From positions 1 to 34,597 of the IMG/VR virus record IMGVR_UViG_3300029540_000017: a stretch of DNA of 34,597 bases; one strand, written 5' to 3'. The notes beneath the pieces are model-generated. The model ran no database searches and had not been told where the DNA came from. It saw only the letters and a list, made by a program, of their open reading frames with translations. Of the stretch, positions 8,644 to 14,392 are shown in pieces. Every line of letters begins with the position of its first letter. The first letter of the stretch is position 1. The DNA comes from a virus. A program made the position numbers and the translations under genes.

Positions 8644-9756
8644 TCACGCTTTCTTCGGTTCGTGTTGCATTTCGTGTTGCATGATTTGAGTGAAATGCTC
8701 GTTTATCTTGTCAGTAAACTTCTTTTCCTCAGACTCAATAGTACCACGATATACCTTTTTGAGCACCTTGTCAGACTTCCAACCACCACGTTTCATGATG
8801 TACTGATCCGGAATATTAAGCGCATGCATGATGGATGCAGTGTAGTGACGGAGATCATGATATCGAAACTCTGGAATACCGGCAGAGCGTAGCACCTTCT
8901 TGAAGTTCTTGGACAAGTCTTCCGGGTGCATCTTAACAAGCGGACCACTTTCAATATCATCAAATTTTCTGATTACAAATTCCGGCATGATCACATGCCT
9001 ACAACTGCTCTGTGTCTTAGGTCCTTTGGTCACGATTCCTTTTCTACCACGCACACGTGTCTCTCTGATCCGAATAGAGTTCCCAGTGATGTCTTCCTTT
9101 GTTAGACCAAACACTTCTCCACGTCTAAGACTTCCAAACGCTGCAAGGAGCACAGCCTTTTCCATCTCAGTTCCTTCAATGTACTTGATCAACTTCTCGA
9201 TGTCCTCATCAGACGGAACATATCCGTCAAAGTCCTTTGGAGCTGGTAGAGTAACTCTAAACATCGTTCCAGGAGAATACATCCCTATGACAGCCGTAAA
9301 TAGTCCATAAGCGTTCTTTACTGTCTTAGGTGATAACTTTATTGAGATTGCATTTACCCACGCTTGTACGTCCTCTTGAGACAGCTTACGTAGGCTTATG
9401 TTCTCGATTTGCTTTATCTGATTCCTTACGATTGTTTCATATCCACGCAATGTGGTTTCAGACAGCACATTCTCTTTTAATTTAATGTAATTAGTGAATG
9501 CTTCTTTTACAGTCCAGTTCTCAGGACGTTTCTTCCGGTCCTTTTCTGCGAGAAACTGTGCAGCCTGCGCTTCAGCTGACTGCTTTCCTCGTTTACCCGG
9601 AAGGTCACTGGTGAATGATTCATAGATTCGTTTCTGCTTCTGCTTTTTTGTTTTCGGATCAATGACTGGTTTTCCATCCTTATCTACCACATCCTCATAG
9701 TGTGAGAATACCAGACATCTCCATGATCCGGAAGGTAACTTCTTAGCTGTTGCCAT
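8644..9756 (-). CDS. int: Tyrosine integrase (phage integrase / XerC-D family)
   Basis: It encodes 370 aa with an N-terminal SAM-like region and a catalytic region containing LRRGEVFGL, HDLRHYTAS and GGWKSDKVLKKVY. It has a GGAG SD and lies adjacent to the attP candidate. Confidence 0.92.
   Translation of the reverse strand: MATAKKLPSGSWRCLVFSHYEDVVDKDGKPVIDPKTKKQKQKRIYESFTSDLPGKRGKQSAEAQAAQFLAEKDRKKRPENWTVKEAFTNYIKLKENVLSETTLRGYETIVRNQIKQIENISLRKLSQEDVQAWVNAISIKLSPKTVKNAYGLFTAVIGMYSPGTMFRVTLPAPKDFDGYVPSDEDIEKLIKYIEGTEMEKAVLLAAFGSLRRGEVFGLTKEDITGNSIRIRETRVRGRKGIVTKGPKTQSSCRHVIMPEFVIRKFDDIESGPLVKMHPEDLSKNFKKVLRSAGIPEFRYHDLRHYTASIMHALNIPDQYIMKRGGWKSDKVLKKVYRGTIESEEKKFTDKINEHFTQIMQHEMQHEPKKA
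8659..8682 (+). repeat. Tandem TTCGTGTTGCAT x2 inside the 3-prime end of int; candidate arm-type sites (right arm)
   Basis: These are exact copies of the 12-mer at 8431 and 8453. They translate to the repeated MQHEMQHE at the Int C-terminus. Confidence 0.6.
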
Positions 9757-9839
9757 ACAATCATCTCCTTTTTATAAAAAATGGTATAAAAATAACAGCC
9801 TAGCAACAGAACAAGAGTTCTGATTGATTGACTGCCCCG

Positions 9840-9857
9840 AAGATGATACAATATTCA
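9840..9857 (-). repeat. Boundary motif copy C (reverse complement of TGAATATTGTATCATCTT)
   Basis: It is an exact 18-mer inverted relative to copy B, and the pair brackets attP plus int. It also forms one arm of a bulged hairpin of about 12 bp (9837-9849 with 9870-9881). Confidence 0.9.
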
Positions 9858-9885
9858 TTGGATTTTGGAGTATCTCTTCGGAGTT

Positions 9886-9915
9886 ACTAAAAGAAACATA
9901 TTGACGTATGTTTCT
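9886..9915 (-). terminator. Minus-strand stem-loop after the nuclease-like gene (AGAAACATA-ttgacg-TATGTTTCT)
   Basis: A 9-bp stem is followed on the minus strand by TTTTAG. A second hairpin lies at 9923-9949. Confidence 0.45.
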
Positions 9916-9957
9916 TCCAGTTGACCGTTCCTGTTGGCGCAGGAGCGGTTATTTGAT

Positions 9958-11022
9958 TTATAAGTATCTTTTTGCTACTTCGATTAATTTATTTTTATAT
10001 TTATATATGTCATTGAGTGAAGTTATATAAATGCGTTCAAATTTTTTGTTCTCATCTGGAATAAGCAATTGCTTGTTTTTGGTGTCAAGATTAAGCCTAC
10101 AAATAGGTTTCCGGTTATTATTAGCATACAAAATACCGAAATAACTTTCAGTGTCTCTATAAACAATGTCTTCAACTGGAACAGTTCCGGCGAGCATACC
10201 TCTTATGATATAGAAACCTTCAATTTCTTCTTCGGTAGTAACAATTTTAGAAACAATTGTTTCTTCTATGAGATCTTCCGTATTATCATTATTTCCTGTT
10301 GTGTCTTCTGCGTCAGAAGAGAGAGCAGAAGATATTTTGCTGTTGACGATTTCATTTACAAAAGATGAAAAGGCACGTTTTACAACAGGTGAGAATTTTT
10401 CAATCACTCGTTGGTTCTTTTGCCCATCATAAATATCGGTTAAGATGAAACGAACGAAATCATCAGAAGGAGATTCGAATTCCTTTTGAAGCACATTTTT
10501 GATTAAACTGCTGTATTTTAATTCTTCGGCGGTACTAAAAATTTTATCTTTATCAAAATTATCTTTACAGAACTTCTTTAATTCGTTAATGGATGTATCT
10601 TTTAGTTGAAGCATATTAAGCTCCAAAAACGGGACCAAATCCATTTTGTTAGATTCCTCAAGGTCGGTATAGAAACGATAAATAACTCCGTTTGTGAGAA
10701 TGCCGAATTTAGCTGGAGAAGTTCCGAAATATCTAAATAACTGTGATGAGTGCTTATCTAATTGTTCAGAACAGCTTTTACATTCTACCAAGATTATCGG
10801 CTGTCCGTTTTCGAGGATCGCATAATCGACTTTTTCGCCTTTTTTAATGCCTACATCAGCTATATACTCAGGACAAAACTCGGAAGGGTTAAATACATCA
10901 TATCCAAGAAGCTGGAAAAGCGGAACTACAAGTGACATTTTTGTTGCTTCTTCTGTTGAAACAGTATCCTTTAACATTGATACCCTTTCTGAAAACTGTT
11001 TAATTGATTCAGTGAAATCCAT
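9958..11022 (-). CDS. Solitary HsdR-N-terminal-like (PD-(D/E)xK nuclease fold) protein with an uncharacterised C-terminal domain
   Basis: An ATG at 11022 lies 5 nt after AGAGAGGA, whereas the track start at 11079 has no SD. The motifs are EEATKMSLVVPLFQLLGYDVF, KVDYAIL, IILVECK, QLFRYF and FGILTNGVIYRFYTD. An acidic linker and a C-terminal domain (YFGILYANNNRKPICRLNL) follow. Confidence 0.6.
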   Translation of the reverse strand: MDFTESIKQFSERVSMLKDTVSTEEATKMSLVVPLFQLLGYDVFNPSEFCPEYIADVGIKKGEKVDYAILENGQPIILVECKSCSEQLDKHSSQLFRYFGTSPAKFGILTNGVIYRFYTDLEESNKMDLVPFLELNMLQLKDTSINELKKFCKDNFDKDKIFSTAEELKYSSLIKNVLQKEFESPSDDFVRFILTDIYDGQKNQRVIEKFSPVVKRAFSSFVNEIVNSKISSALSSDAEDTTGNNDNTEDLIEETIVSKIVTTEEEIEGFYIIRGMLAGTVPVEDIVYRDTESYFGILYANNNRKPICRLNLDTKNKQLLIPDENKKFERIYITSLNDIYKYKNKLIEVAKRYL

Positions 11023-11093
11023 AATTATCCTCTCTTTCTTTAAGAAAAAAATGTTTGTAATACAAATATATAATCGCATATGCGGTTACAATC

Positions 11094-11723
11094 TTAAAAT
11101 TTTCTTCGTAATTCTACAACTTTTCCAATGATTTTTACGGGTTTGGAAAGAATTTCAGCTTGATTAAAATACATTGGCTCATAATTCGGGTTCAGTGAAA
11201 TTAAAGCAATGCTATCAGCGTATTTTTTTAATCTTTTGCATACTCCATCATTTCCGTTAATTAGTGCAATAACAATTTCATCTGATTCAGCATCGTTTTG
11301 TCTTCGTACGATAACTATATCTCCGTTATGAATATCTGGTTCCATAGAATTACCGCTGATTTTCAATCCAAAAAATTCTCCTGTACGAGCCATTTCTTCG
11401 GGGATTTCTTCTTCATCAATAACGTCTTCAATAGCTTCTATCGGTATGCCAGCAGCAACACGACCATAAATTTTGATTTTTGTAGTATTATTTGAAGAGT
11501 GTCTATGAGTATCCTCCATCAAATCGGTTCGTGTGCAATTAAAAATTCGACACATAGCATCAACTTTATCCATTCTTGGAGTTTTAATGCCGTTGCACCA
11601 GTTATAAACAGATGTTGTACCAACGCCTAAACGCTTAGACAGTTCTAATTGAGTCATATCATATTTGTTCAAGTAAAATCTTAATCGTTCAGAGAAAATA
11701 ATATTAAAATTTCGTTCAGACAT
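11094..11723 (-). CDS. CI/LexA-type repressor: XRE HTH plus S24 peptidase domain
   Basis: The HTH is MTQLELSKRLGVGTTSVYNWCNG. The S24 signature is GNSMEPDIHNGDIVIV with a downstream VCKRL (Ser-Lys dyad). It has an AAGGAGAG SD and is divergent from the cro-like gene. Confidence 0.9.
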   Translation of the reverse strand: MSERNFNIIFSERLRFYLNKYDMTQLELSKRLGVGTTSVYNWCNGIKTPRMDKVDAMCRIFNCTRTDLMEDTHRHSSNNTTKIKIYGRVAAGIPIEAIEDVIDEEEIPEEMARTGEFFGLKISGNSMEPDIHNGDIVIVRRQNDAESDEIVIALINGNDGVCKRLKKYADSIALISLNPNYEPMYFNQAEILSKPVKIIGKVVELRRKF

Positions 11724-11737
11724 TTTTTGCTCTCCTT

Positions 11738-11759
11738 TATAATTGATAATACAATTATA
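11738..11759. promoter_or_regulatory. Inverted repeat TATAATTG-N6-CAATTATA overlapping the repressor promoter -10
   Basis: It has perfect 8-bp arms. It lies between the minus-strand -10 and the repressor start codon. Confidence 0.45.
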
Positions 11760-11782
11760 TACTAATAGTAATATGGAATCAA
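11754..11782 (-). promoter_or_regulatory. Repressor promoter (minus strand): TTGATT-17-TATAAT
   Basis: The hexamers, read on the minus strand, are at 11782-11777 and 11759-11754 with a 17-nt spacer. Confidence 0.6.
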
Positions 11783-11812
11783 TAATAAAAGTAAAAATAT
11801 TTCACTTTAAGT

Positions 11813-11842
11813 ATTGACACACACTTAAAGTGATGGTAATAT
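11813..11842. promoter_or_regulatory. Operators O1 (CACTTTAAGTA, 11813-11823) and O2 (CACTTAAAGTG, 11832-11842) flanking the -35 of the lytic promoter
   Basis: These are 11-bp 5-1-5 palindromes spaced 19 bp centre to centre. A third exact copy lies at 12086-12096. Confidence 0.65.
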
Positions 11843-11852
11843 TCAAATAAAG
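11824..11852 (+). promoter_or_regulatory. Early lytic promoter: TTGACA-17-TAATAT
   Basis: The -35 is consensus (11824-11829), the -10 is near-consensus (11847-11852) and the spacer is 17 nt. It lies just upstream of the cro-like gene. Confidence 0.7.
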
Positions 11853-11876
11853 AAAAATATGAAAGGAGCGGTAACA

Positions 11877-12092
11877 TTGAATGACGATAAATTACAAATT
11901 TCGTTAGCTGCTGCACGAGTAAATGCTGGAATGACACAAGAAGATGTGGCAGCAAGGATGCATGTCTCAAAAAAAACGGTTATTAACTGGGAAAAGGGGA
12001 AAGTATCACCGGCATTTGCGACATTACAAGCTTTGTCGGCATTATATAAAATTCCAATAGATAATATTTTTTTACCGGTTAAATCCACTTAA
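11877..12092 (+). CDS. Cro-like XRE-family HTH protein
   Basis: The HTH is MTQEDVAARMHVSKKTVINWEKG. A TTG at 11877 lies 8 nt after AAAGGAG. The in-frame ATG at 11859 has no SD and would sit at or near the predicted transcript 5-prime end (a leaderless alternative). Confidence 0.75.
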   Translation: MNDDKLQISLAAARVNAGMTQEDVAARMHVSKKTVINWEKGKVSPAFATLQALSALYKIPIDNIFLPVKST

Positions 12093-12096
12093 AGTG
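12086..12096. promoter_or_regulatory. Operator O3 (CACTTAAAGTG) overlapping the cro-like stop codon
   Basis: It is an exact copy of O2, about 254 bp downstream of it. Confidence 0.55.
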
Positions 12097-12164
12097 TTGT
12101 ATTGAAATTCAAAAGAAGCAAAGGTACAGAGAGTGAGATGAGGAAAGATGGAGGTGAGAGGAGA

Positions 12165-12371
12165 GTGATAGCTGTGAAAAAGTTCGATGCGCTAAAGATG
12201 GTCACAGATGAGCAGAAGTTCTCTGAATTAGTATTCGATTTAATTTCAGAATGCAAAACAGTCGAAAAGCTTACGGAGCTTCTAAGGGAAGAAATGCCAG
12301 AAAAAGAGCTACAGACAATGAAGTCCATAGCTCAATCGGGTTATCCGTTATCTTTTGATCGTAAACAGTAG
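12165..12371 (+). CDS. Hypothetical early protein (start uncertain: GTG 12165, ATG 12138 or TTG 12102)
   Basis: GGAGG at 12150-12154 lies 10 nt upstream of GTG 12165. The product is acidic and helical. Confidence 0.5.
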   Translation: MIAVKKFDALKMVTDEQKFSELVFDLISECKTVEKLTELLREEMPEKELQTMKSIAQSGYPLSFDRKQ

Positions 12372-12449
12372 TAGCAACCATTTCCGCCATGTGGTGAAAA
12401 ATTTGTAACAGAACCAGGTGAGTCAGAGAAGAAAGTGGGGTGCGGAAAG

Positions 12450-12680
12450 ATGAAGAAAAAAAGACTATCAAAAGAAGATGATAACCTGATAGGTAAAGTA
12501 GTAGAAATCGAAAAGAAATACATTAATGAAAAGGATGGCCTAGTGGAAGTTTCTTTTCAAGTACCTTGCCACGATTGGAAAAGACTAAGAAATTCAATTC
12601 AGTGGAATCTGATAGAAAAGCGTTTGGAGGAAATTCAAAGCAAATATAACCGGAAGAACCACCAAGTGAAGAGAGATTAA
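12450..12680 (+). CDS. Hypothetical early protein; its 3-prime 158 nt overlap the convergent ORF 12523..13035
   Basis: The frame is open for 76 aa from the ATG at 12450 and the SD is weak. It may be an antisense shadow of the minus-strand gene. Confidence 0.3.
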   Translation: MKKKRLSKEDDNLIGKVVEIEKKYINEKDGLVEVSFQVPCHDWKRLRNSIQWNLIEKRLEEIQSKYNRKNHQVKRD

Positions 12681-13035
12681 TTGGCATGGAAAGTGACATC
12701 TGTTCTCTATGAGAGACAACAACGCCTTTCACCTTTTTAGTTTCCTCGTAAGCAACAATTGGAGGTTGAACACAAGGATATAGAATATCGTCTATTTTAA
12801 CGCAAACATCCGTAATGGAGATTGGAAGTCTGGACATATTTTCAAATGAGGCATAGATAATTAACATTTTTGTATCGCCAAATATATGTCCGCATATTTT
12901 CATATGGATCCGTTTTCGATTAATAAGTAACGTATGCATCAATGTAAAAAAAGTACCTATACTTCCAAAAATTGATAAGACAAAAGTAATGTTTTCTTTT
13001 GTAAGAAGTGAGGAAATAAATTGAATTATGTTCAT
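12523..13035 (-). CDS. Oppositely oriented membrane-anchored protein (moron; candidate superinfection-exclusion/abortive-infection gene)
   Basis: The frame is open for 170 aa in AT-rich DNA. It has an N-terminal TM helix (FVLSIFGSIGTFFTLMHTLLI) and its own TTGCTA-17-TATACT promoter upstream. Confidence 0.6.
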   Translation of the reverse strand: MNIIQFISSLLTKENITFVLSIFGSIGTFFTLMHTLLINRKRIHMKICGHIFGDTKMLIIYASFENMSRLPISITDVCVKIDDILYPCVQPPIVAYEETKKVKGVVVSHREQMSLSMPINLSSLGGSSGYICFEFPPNAFLSDSTELNFLVFSNRGKVLEKKLPLGHPFH

Positions 13036-13083
13036 TTAGGTTGTTTTTCCTTTCGTATTGATAGGGCAGGAGCCTGTAAGAAA

Positions 13084-13112
13084 AGTATAGGAGAAGAAAT
13101 AGAAAATAGCAA
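13084..13112 (-). promoter_or_regulatory. Minus-strand promoter TTGCTA-17-TATACT for the 12523..13035 gene
   Basis: The hexamers are at 13112-13107 and 13089-13084 with a 17-nt spacer, about 50 nt upstream of the ATG. Confidence 0.55.
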
Positions 13113-13127
13113 GTGAGGTGAAAAACA

Positions 13128-13367
13128 ATGATAAACAAACTTAATTATGGAAAAGTAAACGGAGATTCCGAAGAGCTGCACGCACTGAAAGGTTTTAAGG
13201 TCTTAGCTGTTGGCAATGGAACAATCGGAGAAGAGTGTGCGTTGAGAATCATGCTGATGAATGAGAACAACGTTGCTGTTGATTTAAGTATCACAGAAGA
13301 CGGAGCGTACCTCAGCGATTTCTACGCACTGACAGAGAAAATGATCCCACGCACTTATGATAACTAG
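13128..13367 (+). CDS. Hypothetical early protein
   Basis: It has a GAGGTGA SD and encodes 79 aa. Confidence 0.55.
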   Translation: MINKLNYGKVNGDSEELHALKGFKVLAVGNGTIGEECALRIMLMNENNVAVDLSITEDGAYLSDFYALTEKMIPRTYDN

Positions 13368-13381
13368 AGAGGTGAGAAGAG

Positions 13382-13630
13382 ATGCCAAAATTAAAAATAT
13401 CTGACAGGGAAAGGCAGAACAGAATACTTCTTGCGATCATACAATCAGGCAAGACGATGGAAGACATCAACATGGGAAAGCTTTCCAAGCTGACAGGAAT
13501 CCCAATGAGTACTCTCTACCAGAGATTTGGTATGCCGGAAGATATTCGGCTTGGAGAACTGAGGGAGATCTTGAGGGTACTTAAAATTTCTGAATCAGAA
13601 AAAGAACGAATAGGAAGAGAAGTGATTTGA
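13382..13630 (+). CDS. Small HTH-like DNA-binding protein
   Basis: It has a GAGGTGAGAAGAG SD region and encodes 82 aa. The segment GKLSKLTGIPMSTLYQRFG looks like a helix-turn-helix. Confidence 0.55.
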   Translation: MPKLKISDRERQNRILLAIIQSGKTMEDINMGKLSKLTGIPMSTLYQRFGMPEDIRLGELREILRVLKISESEKERIGREVI

Positions 13631-13730
13631 GCATGGAAGATTGCTGCTACTGCAGATACAGAAATAGTTGTATGGAACGCAGTCGATGTTATCCGTGTGC
13701 ATCATACAAGAAGGAAGGAGGGCGCAGCGG

Positions 13731-13883
13731 ATGTATATCATTACAGCAAAACATAAAGGAAATAAAATCACAAGAAAAGCATTCAGTGACACTCAGGCAT
13801 TCGTAATCATAAATCAGCTGTCGCGTGAGGGATGCACTGAAATAGGAATAAAAGAAGAAAACCATACAGAAGGTGAGAAATGA
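13731..13883 (+). CDS. Hypothetical 50-aa protein
   Basis: AAGGAAGGAGGG lies 8 nt upstream of the ATG at 13731. The track start at 13668 lacks an SD. Confidence 0.45.
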   Translation: MYIITAKHKGNKITRKAFSDTQAFVIINQLSREGCTEIGIKEENHTEGEK

Positions 13884-13917
13884 GCCAGAAACGAGGAAGA
13901 AGGGAGAAAGACCACAT

Positions 13918-14235
13918 ATGGATTATCAGATGGACGAAAACACAGGAACTGGGCTGTTGCTCTGGAACATGGGAAGAGGCGAACGAGTATGCCAGGAAGA
14001 AGAACAAAGGAGAATACATCATATTAGAATGAGCCTTTGGAGGACAAGGTTTATCACGGGCATTGGAATGCTTGTTGGACTCTTCTATGCTTCCGGAGCA
14101 GCAATTACATATTCCATATCGGTCAAAGCACCGGAGTCAACGCTGGAGCGCGTTCTGATCGGACTGGCTGTATCAGCAAGCTTCTATGCGCTGAATTCGA
14201 TCGCAAGGACACTGGAAAAACAGATAAAAAAATAA
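13918..14235 (+). CDS. Hypothetical membrane protein (two predicted TM helices)
   Basis: The ATG at 13918 follows GAAGGGAGAAAG. The hydrophobic segments are FITGIGMLVGLFYASGAAITY and VLIGLAVSASFYALNSI. Confidence 0.5.
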   Translation: MDYQMDENTGTGLLLWNMGRGERVCQEEEQRRIHHIRMSLWRTRFITGIGMLVGLFYASGAAITYSISVKAPESTLERVLIGLAVSASFYALNSIARTLEKQIKK

Positions 14236-14315
14236 CACTTCCGGAGGTAACGGAAGTGTTGAATGCAAGACTTTTGTCTCGCAGATATTAAAGACATTAT
14301 TATCTTAACATCTGT

Positions 14316-14358
14316 GGGGCAGAAAGTCAAGAAAAACGGGGATTCTGCCCCATTTTAA
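14316..14358 (+). terminator. Stem-loop GGGGCAGAA-N18-TTCTGCCCC followed by ATTTTAAT (terminator and/or origin hairpin)
   Basis: A 9-bp perfect stem (14316-14324 with 14343-14351) lies between the early small-gene block and the Rep-like gene. Confidence 0.5.
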
Positions 14359-14392
14359 TACTCGATTAAGATATTAAAGATAGAGGTATACG

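Noticed and set aside
8431-8682. The 12-mer repeats as a CRISPR array or iteron origin
   Set aside because: There are only four copies of 12 bp, and they are split around a tRNA-like core next to int. There is no regular repeat-spacer periodicity and there are no cas genes. The attP arm-site interpretation fits better.
8632-9310. Plus-strand ORFs 8632..8892 and 8900..9310
   Set aside because: They are antisense to the integrase, whose catalytic motifs are clear. They have no ribosome-binding sites.
11843-12328. Minus-strand ORFs 11843..12088 and 12089..12328
   Set aside because: They are antisense to the cro-like HTH gene and the following early gene. They have no SD and no promoter.
13633-13806. 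A Cys-rich 57-aa ORF (MEDCCYCRYRNSCMERSRCYPCASYKKEGG...) starting 2 nt after the 13382..13630 stop
   Set aside because: The N-terminal 30 aa look like a small zinc-ribbon protein. However, the frame then runs 75 nt into the better-supported 13731..13883 gene, with an implausible tail and no clear SD. I cannot support it without comparative data.
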